A stretch of DNA of 64,000 nucleotides from Octopus sinensis (taxonomy: Eukaryota): assembly GCF_006345805.1 (NCBI RefSeq), contig NC_043003.1:34162001-34226000 (forward strand). The letters are read 5' to 3'. Below the pieces are notes generated by a model, which worked only from the letters and a program-made list of their open reading frames with translations, did not search any database and was not told the origin of the DNA. The translations under genes were made by a program, and so were the position numbers. Every line of letters starts with the position of its first letter. Within the stretch, counting starts at the first letter, position 1. Below are positions 1 to 14,051 of the stretch, in pieces.

Positions 1-138
1 AATGACAACGCAAGAAGGTTAGAGAATGAATCTTGGAATACATGGCCGATTATCTCCGTAAGGTTGGCGAGATCTTCATATTTTCTTATTCCCTCTTTTC
101 TATCAGTCTTACAACCGCCATGCATATCACGCCGGTTT

Positions 139-181
<43 letters not shown>

Positions 182-781
182 TATATATATATATATTATA
201 TATGTTATATTATATATGTGTATATATATATATGTATATATATATAATATATATATATATTATATATATATATATATATATATGAATATATGCTGATTTA
301 TTATTCTTTTTTGTTTCTGTTAAATATATCTCAAATATAGGTTAAATATTTTTTTATATATATTAGCGTTTTATCTTTGTTTTTTTTTCTTTTCATTTAA
401 ATTTAATTTTTTTTTTTTGTAATATATTTCCATGAATAAATTTATTTTAAATTTTTTATTTATTTATTATTATTATTTTTTTATTATTATTATTTTTTGT
501 GAAGTGTCTAATGATGTGTGGATGTATCCAGTTGGCAAGGAGACGCTTAGTTCTGTTGTAATAATAGTTGCTCTAGTTCATCAGCCGATCTATATAGAAA
601 TGCCGCCGACTCTCTGTAGCCAGCTATAAGCTGTTTTATAGTTGCCACTTCACTGGGGCTGAGTTGATTTTTGGAATTCTGTTTCTTCATACTCAGATCT
701 GTTGGGCCTGCAAAAATAAAATATAGTAATTAAGAAAGAGCTACATTTGGAAATAAAAAATAAAATATACACAATAAAAAA

Positions 782-1165
782 TCTCTCTCTATATAAACGG
801 CAGTTTGTCTGTGCGTGTTTCTGTGTGTCTGTTTGCTTGTACCCTCACCCTGACCACGGCTTTCAACCGATTCTGATGAAACTTGACACACACATAGCCC
901 AATGTCATAATTCAAAACTAACGTAGCGAAAATTTTGAAAAGTTCCCCCAGTTCTGAAAAAAATCGATAAATTCGACATGGGGTCGAGAATCAGAAACAC
1001 AAACCGCAAACTTTCTAGGGGACGCAACTCCACCTTTTTTCACTCTCAAAAAAAATTTACCATCATTTTTTTCCATTTTTTTGCTATTTTTTGGCTATAA
1101 CTCTCTAAAAATGCTTTATAGTTATTTCCCTTACAAACCTGAGCAACGCCGGGCGATACTGCTAG
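782..1165 (+). mobile_element. Non-autonomous Helitron
   Basis: A|TC 5' terminus at 782. Subterminal hairpin CCTGAGC-AAC-GCCGGG (1138-1153, imperfect). CTAG 3' end (1162-1165) followed by T, with no TSD. These are the established Helitron hallmarks. Confidence 0.78.
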
Positions 1166-1350
1166 TATCTTATATGTATCAATCAAAATTTGAGAAGCGC
1201 ATAGTTTGAATGCCTGTCGAGGATTGTTGACCATTTTGCCAAGTCTTCTAAAAAGGTAGTTACTCGATTCTGTAAGGTGTCCTCACAGCCTACAAGTGCT
1301 GGCGAATTTCCTTTATTTTCTGTATATGTTTATATGTTTGTGTGTGTGTG

Positions 1351-1498
1351 TGTGTCGTAAGAAGCTTGCTTCCCAACCACATGGTTCCGGGTTCAGTTCT
1401 ACTGCGTGGCACCTTGAGCAAGTGTCTTCTATTATAGCCTCGGACCAATCAAAGCCTTGTGAGTGGATTTGGTAGACGGAAACTGAAAGAAGCCCGTC

Positions 1499-1558
<60 letters not shown>

Positions 1559-1800
1559 GTGTGTGTGTGTGTATGCATGTATGTGTGTATTTGTGTGTCT
1601 GTGTTTGTCCCCCACCATCTCTTAACAACCAATGTCGGTGCGTTTTCGTCCCCGTAATGTAGCGGTTCGGCAAAAGAGACTGATAGCGTAAGTACTAGGC
1701 TCACAAAGAATAAGTCTTCGGGTTGATTTGTTCGTCTAAAGCCGGTGCTCCAGCATGACCGGAGTCAAATGAATGAAACAAGTAAAAGAATAAAAGAATA
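1351..1800 (+). mobile_element. SINE family B, near full length, with internal (AT)n/(GT)n tract
   Basis: tRNA-like head with B-box-like GGTTCAGTTC; body shared with other copies in the window (e.g. 41935-42346, 61452-61857); AAAAGAAT-type tail. Confidence 0.85.
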
Positions 1801-1991
1801 TATTTGATTAATGCGAGAGACGGAAGATGGAAGATACGAAAAGTTTTATTGATCACTACTACTGTTTCAAGCCATCTAGAATCTTTCATCTTCTGTCACT
1901 CACGTTAATCAAATACCCAATGAACACTGAGCCAGTGAACGTGTTTTATCGCAAAACTACACCAGGTATACCATACCATTTATTGACAGAC

Positions 1992-2069
<78 letters not shown>

Positions 2070-2132
2070 GTATATATGTATGTATATAATATATATATTA
2101 TATATATATATTATATATTATATATATATATC

Positions 2133-2319
2133 ATGATAGATCGCTAGCCACTATACCTTCTTCTATTTTCTCTCCCTGTTTATTTCTGTGTTCCTTTCTG
2201 TCGAGGAGCGTAGGCTCGAATCGTAAAATGACTTTCTCACTTCCCGAGCATTAAACTAACACATCTGTTTGTTGTTTACACACCCGTCTTCGTCTTTTCT
2301 CTTTTTTTTTTTAAATTCT

Positions 2320-2325
<6 letters not shown>
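2133..2325 (+). mobile_element. Short repeat between (TA)n tracts, possibly Penelope-like terminal-repeat derived
   Basis: Unique-looking block between TA tracts containing CTGTCGA-G-GAGC-GTAG-GCTC-GAAT, which resembles the hammerhead-type motif of Penelope terminal repeats. Family assignment is inference. Confidence 0.4.
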
Positions 2326-2367
<42 letters not shown>

Positions 2368-4299
2368 GACGTGTTTCTTTCAGTGTGTGCACGCGTATAG
2401 ACACTCATATACGCAACTGTATAACGTATGTTTCTGACATATGATACACATATCTGTATATATGTATATATACATATTCACATATATCCATAAATCTATA
2501 TAAATAAGAATACATCAAACATACATGCACAAAATATTAACGAATCCCTACGTAATCGCAACTTTCAATATATCTAACCATCAATATTTGTATGTGTACA
2601 CATCATATCCTTTGAGCAAACTGCTATTATACAACAATCAATAAATAAATATGCGTGTGAGTGTCAGAAAGCGATACTCAGACAGAATGAAAACGTAGGA
2701 GAATAGAGAAAGTCATCTTTCTGTTTGTCTCTAAATTTCTACATCTCACAGATCCTAATTGGACAAAATTAAAAACCCTCCCGGCAAATATTTCCCAGCT
2801 CTCCTTCACATCTTTCCCATTCCTGTGACAATGCTTCTCTTGTTCTTTAGAAGACAGAAGAAAAAATGAATATGAAACAGGATCCACAGCTATATTCAAC
2901 CAATCTTCAGCCACACTTCACGTCTGGGGTCCATTTTGCCTATCTATTTCCACTGGTTTCGTTCCCTTTATTCTTCTTTACCCTTCCGCTCGTTTGCTCG
3001 TTCATATATTTCAAACCGATTTCTTATTAAGAGACTACACATGATCAAGTACGTGTTTGTTTGGTATGTATGAGTGTGCGTGCGTGTACCTTTCCTTTGT
3101 AGATTCATGCTCTTTTCTTTCATCACTCATCACTCTTACCCTTTTCTAACCAACCAAACAATCAATCAACCAACCAGCCAACAGACCGTTCAGCAAACCA
3201 CCACCATGCTTTAAATGCCTTTTCTTCTCAGCTATTGTTTTCTTTCGAAACCCAGAGTGCAATGCAATTCTGTTCGCACCATGAATTCTGGAACGTCAAC
3301 AAGAAGATAACGCCCATACCATGGTTTAACTTCGTTAGAGGTGGGCCAACAAGGTAAGAAAAGAAAGAGAAGTACCACCCAACTCTACCTCACCTCAAAT
3401 ATACAACTACCACTCCATATACCCCCATGCGTATGCATCAAATATAAAAGAAAATAAATAGAAAACAAAATGAAAAGAAGAATTTCCATGTTTTCCTTTC
3501 GTCTGTATTGTGTAATTAACAGTCACGGAAGGGTGTCGAGTGCCCAGCATGTAAAGTTGCCCGGGAAAAGAAATCGAAAAAGAAAAGAAATCTTTCTTTT
3601 CTTAATGTCGTACTTGACGCCATTGGAGATATTTGTTTTGTGTATTTTGTTTTTGTGCGTTTTTCTGGATTTTTTTTTCCCACGAGTTTGTTTCATTTGA
3701 TACTGGCAGCCATTGTTATTGCGCTGTTCTTTATATCTTTTTAAAGCCAGTCCTTTTCTTATTCCCTTAGTTGTTACTGTTGTTTCTCAAGTTATTTATT
3801 TATTTATTTTTTGGGCTTATGATATTTTTTGTGCATACAGTTATGCTTTTGCTGTTGGTAATACTTTTATTCTGCTGCTACTGATGCTACAACTTGCTAT
3901 CTTTACCTTCAAAGTTTTGATAATATTTATATCTTTACTATCGTTACTGTTACTCCTAACTGCTCTCAGAAGCCTTTATATCTTGTATGATGTTAATTTT
4001 GTTACTGGTGTTCTTATTACTCCTGGATCTGCTAACTGACAGAGATTTCCGTATATCGAGTATTGATTTAACTATAATTTTCCCGCTATTATTCCATACA
4101 TTACTGGAAATTGATATTATCCTAAATGTTTTTTTTTTACCACTATCCCACACATATTGTACGTGTTTATACTATTACTATTGCTATTACTACTAATTAC
4201 TGTCGTGACTCCGTAAATATTGTGATATGTTTATGTGACTTTCGTTACTCTGTCTTTAGTTGTGACTCACGTGTCTCGTTTTTCTTTAATTGCAGAAAC

Positions 4300-5400
4300 A
4301 AATCAGTAAATGACGGTGTGATAACTTGCAGCGATCCCAGGTGTTCCAAGATACACTTACTCACTCTTTTCCTGGTGCTATTTCGAAAAGATGTGGACCG
4401 GCTCTATTTCGTAAAGATATGAACCTAGATGTAAACACAATATTCCTAAACTCAGATGGTACATTAATTTTCCCAGATATGATCAACAGTGATAGCGGCA
4501 ATGTTTTCAGATGGTAACCGTTATATCCAGACAGGAGCTGAAGACCGAATTTCTTATGATATTTAGAAGCTTTCCTAGGAATACCTTGCTTGTTAGTGTT
4601 AGTATGCAAAAGAAATCTCATCTTAGACGTATGCGGAGATTGTGTGGGATCAGCCAATACTAAGGCTGATCCATTTTCAGATATTCCTTGACGATGATAT
4701 ATCTAGCCACTGCTGATATTTTTAGCTCAGTTGATAATGGAGTTGGGCGTATGGCTTGTGGAGTGTTGCCGGGCGCTCAGTGTTCTATAGCAGTGACATG
4801 TGTAAAGTTAGTAGAAATCTAATGCTAGCATTCTTTAGAATTTTAGAGGATGATAGCTGATGGTTTAGTGTTGATAAGAACTGCTCAGGTAGTTTCCTCT
4901 AGAAAACTTTCAAGATGAGCTTTACGAGCAATTTCCAGAAGTCATTAGCCTAGAGTTGCTACAGGAGTAATTTACCTTTCGGGATAACCTCTGCAAGCTT
5001 GGCTGTTTGAAAGCCGCTAGCAACTGAACCTGTTCATGATGCATAGAGAGCGATGGAACCGACTGGCAGTATGTACTCGTTCGGTATCTATGCATTACTG
5101 AATTTGTGGATTTATCTCTAATAACTATTATCAAGTGCAGGACAAATTCGACTAACAACTGAATCTATCCTGACGATCAACTCACCGTCTTGCATTGGCA
5201 ACGTAGACTTCCCAATCACGGTCACGAAGGAAGTTGAGTGGTGGATACTATTGAAACGGCAAAGCTCTTATCCATGAGTCTAGTTCCCATAAATTTTTTC
5301 AAGTTTCACTTGAAATAAAAGTAAACTTGGACAGGGAGCTGGTGTCTGCCAGTAAATTTAATAAAAGTAAATGAGAGTGTTGAAACAGGCGTGACTAAAT
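4300..5400 (-). mobile_element. Possible heavily decayed retroelement (Gypsy-integrase-like) relic
   Basis: Non-repetitive, higher-GC block. Minus-strand fragments ITPVATLG**LLEIARKAHLE (the LLEIARKAHLE part at ~4909-4941) and FGLQLLSGYNG loosely resemble integrase zinc-finger-upstream and core (SDNG) segments. Many stops; weak. Confidence 0.22.
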
Positions 5401-6698
5401 GGATCTACACTAGCATTAGCGGCAAAAAGTGGGAGAAGGTATTTGATTTTGAGGTGTTATCCCAGTGTTGAGAGTGGGTTACCCCGATCCCCATATGTAC
5501 CCATTTTGGACAATCTTTTGTGTTCTGTTGCTGTTCTCTATGATTATTGCTGCTTCTTGCTATCTGTTCATGCTTTTATCGTTTCCTCAAAATCACATTA
5601 GTGCTTCATTTTTTTCCGTTTTTGTATTTATTTCGCCTTTTTCTTTAGTTGCCGATGTCTAAGGCCTTTGTGGCCAATAAAGAAATTATCATTTCTATTA
5701 TTGTTTATTTTTATTTTTCATTACGACTTAAAGAAAATATTTTGATATTTTCTTGTTGATAATATATTTTTATATCTTTCGTAACAGCTGTTTGATTATG
5801 GTTGCTTTTGTTCTTGTAGGTGTTGTTATAGTTGTTGTTGTTGTTATTGCTTTTGTTGTTGTTGTTGTTGTTGTTGTTGTTATTGCTTTTGTTGTTGTTG
5901 TTGTTGTTGTTGCTGCTGCCGCTGATGTTGTTATTGTTATTGCTGTGTGTTACTGCTGTAGCAGCTACTCACTCTGACGAAAATTTTAATTAAATGAGTG
6001 CTAATGGTTGATTCTGTAGCAGAAAGAAGAGAAAAAAGAAAAAAAAAAAAAGAAATATATCGAATAAAAATATCTATATAAAATAACTATATAGACAAAC
6101 AGAAGAAAGATACACGTCCCTAACCAATTTACTGCACCCACTTCACTCACTACCGCACACCATTTGAAGAAGCCCCCATTTCAAAACGCTATTCGCTTCC
6201 TCACAAGAGCTTATGATAATATAAGAAAGACGAGTGCGCGCACACAAATATCCACCCATCCCACCCAGAAGCTACAACTAAAAGAGACCTGAAAGTAAAG
6301 AGAGGATGCAATCTGGAGATTTTCCCTCGGCTATGTTCTTGTGTTCTGCTCTCCTGCTTTCATTGAAAGCATCTCCTTCTTGTAATCTTTCTCTCCTCGC
6401 CTTTCTCCTTCTTCAACATAAACACTCTCGCCCTAGCCTTTCTCTTGTTTATCTGCAGTTCTCTCTCACTACCTCTGTCTCTTTCTTTCTTTCTTCACTC
6501 TGAAACGAATGTGCACGTTCACCTACATGTTTCACGTCACCACAAATGCTACTCTGTTGGTGTGATTACTTATAAGCGAGAGAAATCACTTCATGCGATC
6601 AAGATTTCTTTTTATTTTATAGTAATTCTTCTTCTTCTTCTTCTTTTCTTCTTCTTCTTCTTCTTCTTCTTCTTCTTCTTCTTCTTCTTCTTCTTCTT

Positions 6699-6754
<56 letters not shown>

Positions 6755-6780
6755 ACTACTACTGTTATTATTATTGTTAA

Positions 6781-6993
6781 GGCAGCGAGCTGGCAGAATC
6801 GTTAGCACGTCGAGCAAAATGCTTAGCAGTATTTCGTCTGCCGCTCCGTTCTGAGTTCAAATTCCGCCGAGGTCGACTTTGCCTTTCATCCTTTCGGGAG
6901 TCGATTAAATAAGTACCAGTCATGAACTGGGGTCGATGTATTCGACTTAATCTCTTCCCCAAAATTTGAGGCCTAGTGCTTCCAGTAGAAAGG
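6781..6993 (+). mobile_element. SINE family A, full length, tail type ii ending in (ATT)n
   Basis: A-box-like TGGCAGAATCGTTAG and B-box-like GAGTTCAAATTCC; body matches multiple other copies in the window. Confidence 0.88.
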
Positions 6994-7004
6994 GTTATTA
7001 TTAC

Positions 7005-7058
<54 letters not shown>

Positions 7059-7059
7059 T

Positions 7060-7109
<50 letters not shown>

Positions 7110-7132
7110 TATTATTATTATTATTATTATTA

Positions 7133-7200
<68 letters not shown>

Positions 7201-7202
<2 letters not shown>

Positions 7203-7347
7203 TTCTGAGTTCAAATTCCGCCGAGGTCGACTTTGCATTTCATCTTTTCAGGGTTCGATAAAATATGTAGCAGTAGAACACTGGAGTGGATGTAACCGAC
7301 ACATCCCCTCCCCCAAAATTGCTGCCCTTAGGGCAAAATTTGAAACC
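7201..7347 (+). mobile_element. SINE family A, 5'-truncated
   Basis: Begins TTCTGAGTTCAAATTCCGCCGAGGTCGAC, as in the copy at 6781; diverged tail. Confidence 0.8.
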
Positions 7348-8684
7348 CTTATTATCATCATCATGATCATCATCATCACTATCATAATCGTCATCACTAT
7401 CATCGTCATCAACATCATTATCATTTGTCTCCTACAAACATACAATATAAGGATTTTCTTCACACACAAATACAAACATATACAAACACACACACGTGTG
7501 TGGGAGGTGGGGTGAGTGTATATGTGTTTGTGTATACACACAAGCAGAGACATTAAAGATAAAGAGATAAACAGGAGAAAAAACGTAGAAAAGGATTTGG
7601 CGAAAAGGGGGGGGGAGTAAAACCTGTTTGCTGCCAAGCACTTAAGTAAGCAATATATAATGTTTATTTCTTTGGTAGCAATGATGATAGTATAGGTTAA
7701 TCTAGTTATAGTAATGGGTTGGGTGTACCACCGAAACACCAGGTTTTAAATAGTTATTAAATACAGGAAAACATAGGAAACCTAATTAACACGCATTAAT
7801 TTTCTTGTAATCATATTCCTGGTTCAGTCAAGCAAGGGGTGTAGGATCTATGAGGTCACACAGTCTGGTGTAAATTGGAGCCAGTTTGCATCCCGTCTCT
7901 TGCAGCAGTGTCTTCTACAGTGGCCCCAAACTTGTGAGGGATATTTGGCAGATGCAATCTAAGTGGAAGCCTGTTAACTGGACCCTTTTTGTAATTCAAA
8001 GAGTCGGCTTTAAATGTTATATTACGTCTACCTGAGTATTATGTTATGAGCAAGCTGGAGAATGACCATTAGTAGATTTTACTGTGAATTTGAAATAGAT
8101 TAGGCCAGTAGCAGTGGAAACTGTCACTAAGAAACGTAAAAATGTTGTCTCCACTAGACATCAATGAAGCAACGATGAGCTCTTACAGTCTCTTGATATG
8201 CTATAAACAATAGCTAAGTCGCATTTAAATCTCCCTTAAATTTATCCCTAGCATCTTAAAAAGAAATAACAAGTACATATGGTTGTATGATCCGAATTAT
8301 ACTATTTCTGAAAAACCAAAAAGACGTGATGGTTACGGGGGGAAAAACTTCTGATAAATGTTTGACCTGAATTCAAGCACGTGAGCACGTCGTTAGTTAT
8401 ATATCATTTATAATTACATAGGTGTGGTACTTCAATTACTAATGTCACCGCGTCAGTCGTGTCCATTTATGTTATCTCAGTAATAGAAAGGTACACGGTT
8501 GACGGCCCTTCACATTCTTAATTAGTTTTATTAAGTAACTCTACCGCCATATTACTTAAGCACTTTAGAAATTTGGTGTACACGATCTCTGGTAAATTTT
8601 AAGGAAGACGAAACTAGTCAGTTCGCTCGTCATTTTAAAGCTGCTGTAATGCCTGTGGTTATACCACGGCAGGTTAAATACATT

Positions 8685-9325
<641 letters not shown>

Positions 9326-10335
9326 ACTATATAGATGTAATTCAGTATACATATTTATTCAATGTGTGGTTATGTATTTATATCACTCAGAATACATGTA
9401 TCTACTTTTCGTATTGCCTTGCTGTATATTTTATACAGTTATATCCACATACATAACACAAATGCACAATACACATGCATATGAATGTAGAATTTGATTA
9501 GAATGACGTAATCACACACATGCATGAACACACGCATGTATGCGCTTTAGTGAAGCTACTCGGTTACGATTCTCTGTTTTCTTTATTCCTATTTATTTAT
9601 GAAGATCACCCTCCCTTCACCGACAACGGTTTTTATTGCTTTCTTCTTATACATCTCAAACACTTTGCACCGTTAAAAATACATAAAATTGTTCGCTCGC
9701 ATATTTACAAATATACGTTTAGCCATCTTCAATGCGCTCAAAATTTTAAGCTGTTTTGCATGTGCTCACAAGCGCACTCACACACATCCGTATGCATAAT
9801 CACATACAATAACGTGCGCATTAATATACACACATACATCTATTTGCGTACCCATAGAAAAATAGGAGTTCTTCCATGAGTCCCCAAATCATTAGAAATG
9901 TAAATTATGTAAATTGGTTTTGAAATAGGAACAGAAACCAGATAACACATTCGAATCGCTTGCAAGTGATAACTAGTCCTCGATGCCAGGTATACATCAA
10001 ATATTTAAAATTATATATTTCGATTGAATCCTACTTCTTTCGATACCTGTCATGCATTTCATAGTTTGTTTCTATTCTTGTTCATGTCTCACTTATATAA
10101 AAATAAAAACATTACAACCCTCCCAGAGAGGAGTATAACCTGCAGAATGCCACCTCATCAACAAGTACGAAAATATCACATCATAAACCCGCAATAATGG
10201 AAAGGCAGAGATTAGATCGACTTGCCGATAAATTATGAAGTGTGTGTATGTGTGTGTATGTGTGTTTGTGTGCATGCATATATGCATGTAAGTGTGTGTA
10301 TATATATGTATATATATATATATATAATATATATA

Positions 10336-10366
<31 letters not shown>

Positions 10367-10370
<4 letters not shown>

Positions 10371-10452
10371 CGTAAATATAAGAGAGTAACCACTATGTGG
10401 TCAACTCTAGAGAGTCGACCACATAGTGGTTACTCTCTTATATTTACGTATA
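10367..10452. repeat. 86-bp near-perfect palindrome (42-bp arms, 2-nt spacer, 1 mismatch)
   Basis: TATACGTAAATATAAGAGAGTAACCACTATGTGGTCAACTCT-AG-AGAGTCGACCACATAGTGGTTACTCTCTTATATTTACGTATA, read directly. Confidence 0.95.
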
Positions 10453-10544
10453 AAATTTATTGTATTCCTGGTTTTCAAGCACTAAGCCACTTGGTGTTAA
10501 ATGGATGTACTATTAATTATTATCCAATTTTCTCACCCTTATTA

Positions 10545-10627
<83 letters not shown>

Positions 10628-12004
10628 TATAAGTATATATATGTGTATATATATATCTATATCTATCTATCTATCTATCTCTCTCTCTCTCTATATATTA
10701 TATATATATATATATAACGCCATACAGACGTCTTTGTATGTGTGTGATTGTATAATTATATATACGCGTATGTTGTATGTAAGTGTTTGTATGTAAACGA
10801 ACTGGAGTTTGAGAAATCTAGTGATGGTTTTTGTATCAGCAAAAAGTAAAACAAAATAGTAAAATTTAATTAGATAAGATCATTATGTTCTGTGTGAACT
10901 AAGATAAGGTTTCATACAGGGCCTCTCTTTGAATAAATCTGGAGTTTTAGGATTCCCACCTTCTAACATCATATCCCTCACGAACTTATCAATTGTATAG
11001 TTTATATAGTCGAGTTTTATAGTACATTTTTCTCTACTTTCAATTTATACTTTTTTTCTACCTTAGCACGTCGACTATATAATAATCCTGTGACGATTTC
11101 ATGATAATACGCAGACGAAATATTACAGCTCAGCATTGTATATAGAACACTTGTCTATCACAAATCGACATTCCCAGGTCAATTAAGTTCATATAATCTG
11201 ACAGCCACACGAGCTGTTGGCAAGGAGAATTCGGTGTACTGTGGAAATCAGCAATGCCGCGCTCATAGATTGGGCTTGAACACGCGTCCTGTCTATTGAA
11301 GTAGAAAGTAGCTTTGTACTACAATAACCAATATTCACTGAATCGCTTCATTTCTAAACACAATGGCTTCTTCGGCGTCTTTAGTCAACATCGCACAACT
11401 TATCACTTGAAGCACAACCATCACCGCCACTAACACCACAGAGCCCCCTCCACCACCACCACCACCACCTCCACTATCACAACGGTCTTCATGTCAAGTA
11501 CCACTACCACCACCACCACCATTCCTACTACTACCACCATAACAACCAGAACTTCTTCCCACATATACACCTACGCCCAATTATTCTAAGTCACAACTAC
11601 ACATATACACCGATACGCAGACACACACACATAGAAGACACACATATATGTATATACGTACATACACAGTCAACTCTCTCCCACCACCCTCTTTACTTAA
11701 CTTTGTATACGTTTACACCTGAGCCCCGCCTTTGATCTTCTTGTTATTGATATTTGTTATTATTTTTGTTGTTTTTCTTATTGCGTTGTTTTCTTGGCTG
11801 TTTATTGTATTAAAAGTCTGTCGTTGGTTGATATTCGTTCTAAAATGAGTAATATTTTTGCTGTAGTTGTTGTTGTTGTTGTTCTGTATGTTATTATACT
11901 ACGTGTTGATATTGTTTATCTATTTGTATTTCTATGTTGCTGTCTGTTTTTCTGCTCGTTCCTATTATTTGTTCTTTAGTTTTTCCTTATTTATATTATT
12001 GTAC

Positions 12005-12175
12005 TTGTTATTGTTAAGCGCTTGATCAGTCCTGACCGAGAAGACCTGTGATCAAAGACATTCCAGCTGTGACCATCCGGTTTTTTTTTTTCGAGTAATT
12101 CATTATCCACTGTGTCCTTCCTGTCCTTTTTAAGACGATTTGAGAGTGATACGATCGCTCATTCTGATATTCCGA
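12005..12175 (+). mobile_element. Dispersed repeat family C (decayed)
   Basis: GACCTGTGATCAAAGACATTCCAGCTGTGACCATCC core is shared, degenerately, with 17395-17570 and in reverse with 12670-12872. Confidence 0.5.
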
Positions 12176-12669
12176 GGAAACGCTTACAAGCCTCTGTCTA
12201 CGGCTAGTTTTGTTTGTGCTGTCGTTGTTATATTTGTCTGGTTACTTTTTATCTATTTAATTATTCGTTCATTTATTTAAATAATTTTGTTTTTGATAGC
12301 TCTGTCATTGTAAGAACGGCGACCAGTAACCACAACGATTTTTATGGCTTCCGTCAATAAATATAGCTTCCACACTTCCTCCCACGAGACATTCTAGGAA
12401 TGACCAAGCCGTTGGTTGTCGGATATAGTCTATCTAAGAATGAACTTTTGATAATGTCCTTACAGTCTTAAGGTGAAAATATATGATTTGCAGATTGAGC
12501 TGCTATTTTTATCTGGTGGAGCCATCAGTTAGCGGCCTACGTAAATGACTCGTTGTTGTCGCTATAATCCATTGCTTTGCAATGTTATTTCCTAAACAAC
12601 TACTCTATATTATCTGCAACCCTTTTATATAAATACAAGCAAATCGATGAGGGAACATCTGCTTTGAAA

Positions 12670-12872
12670 TATTAGAAATATTAAAAAATCTTCCTCAATT
12701 CACACACGCGCGCATCCTACTTTCTTAAAGATGAATACAGTGGGTGGATATGCATAAGATAATCTGGTGCAAAGTATCGAGTAGCTGGGAAAAGATGAGA
12801 TGATCACAGCAGGAATGCCTGTTATCATAGGTCCCCTTCCTGAAGGTTACCCTAGAATCTAAACAACAAAAC
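12670..12872 (-). mobile_element. Dispersed repeat family C (decayed)
   Basis: GATGATCACAGCAGGAATGCCTGTTATCATAGGTC...CTAAACAAC is the reverse complement of the family C core. Confidence 0.5.
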
Positions 12873-13299
12873 TATACCTCACGCACAAACTCACACACAT
12901 ACACACACATGTACACACTCACACACACTACCTCCCGCCACTGTCAAGACGACTAACCCCTGGTGATTTCCACTACTTTAATCAGTTTTGGATGGTTTTC
13001 AGTAAATGTTGTGTAGTGTGATTGCCCACCCGCTGTTAACGTTATCAAGCCACAGTCGACGCGTTTTCCCACGCAGACATTTGTCCATGCTGGGAAGATA
13101 GTTTACTTGGCTCACGACTATACGCCGATCTTGCAAGCCGTCCACAAAATCCGCAGCTCAGAGCGCTAACACTATAACGCGAAACTCACACACGCATGCA
13201 CACATGCACACACATATACACACAAAAACATACATATATGTACGTACATTCAAGCGCACTTATACAGACTTTTAAACTAAATCTGCCTTAAACCAACGT

Positions 13300-13490
13300 A
13301 GGAGGCCTCTATATGCTCCTTCAAGCTGGTAAAAAAATAGCTTTTAAATTATTATCAAAAATAGTTTCAAATAAATAAGAGATGTATTAAATGATTCTCT
13401 CGGAGCACAGAATAGATATGGCTGAAATATCACTCATCGTAGGTTTGCTCATTCACGGCTAACCTAGGTCTAAAACAACAACAGCAGCAA
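13300..13490 (-). mobile_element. Dispersed repeat family C (decayed)
   Basis: AGGTTTGCTCATTCACGGCTAACCTAGGTCTAAAAC (13441) closely matches AGGTTTGCTCGATTAGGGCTAACCTAGGGCTAAAAG at 53892. Confidence 0.5.
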
Positions 13491-13924
13491 CGACAACCAA
13501 AACTTATACATAGGCTCTACACAAACAGCTACAAAGAAATATACTCAGTTACTGGTTATAAACAAAAACTTACTAACAAAGTGGCAGAATCACTATAAAG
13601 TCGGATAAATTAGCTGTGGTGATTAGTTAGGACACTTTTAAGTTCTCTGTTCAAATCTTTCTTTGTCTTTCATTTATTTAAGGTCGATAAAATAGTGTAA
13701 CAGTCAGCATCCGAATGAGAAACCTAATATTAATATTCGTATAAGGCATTTTCGATATATAATCGATAAATTAAAATACAAGTAACATCCTGCAGTTGAT
13801 TTGATATTTCTATAAGGATTCCTTAAGCAGAACATGAGGAGACACGTGGGATAAAGAGTCATGTCACAGTTGTGACGAAAGAACTTAGACCAAGGACACT
13901 AAAATAATGGCTTCAAACTTTACA

Positions 13925-14051
13925 CTAGAGCAGCCATTTTGGAGGAGGGGACTAGTCGATTACATCGACCCTAGTGTTTCACTGGTACTTAATTTATCGA
14001 CCCCGAAAGGATGAAAGACAAAGTCGACTTCGACAGAATTTGAACTCAGAA
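13925..14051 (-). mobile_element. SINE family A, 5'-truncated
   Basis: ACTGGTACTTAATTTATCGACCCCGAAAGGATGAAAG...GAATTTGAACTCAGAA matches family A. Confidence 0.82.

Noticed and set aside
124-146. Hairpin ATATCACG-N7-CGTGATAT
   Set aside because: Only an 8-bp stem, partly AT microsatellite; probably the end of a repeat truncated by the window edge.
6781-6870. tRNA genes at SINE heads
   Set aside because: A/B-box-like motifs are present but no cloverleaf, and each continues into a SINE body.
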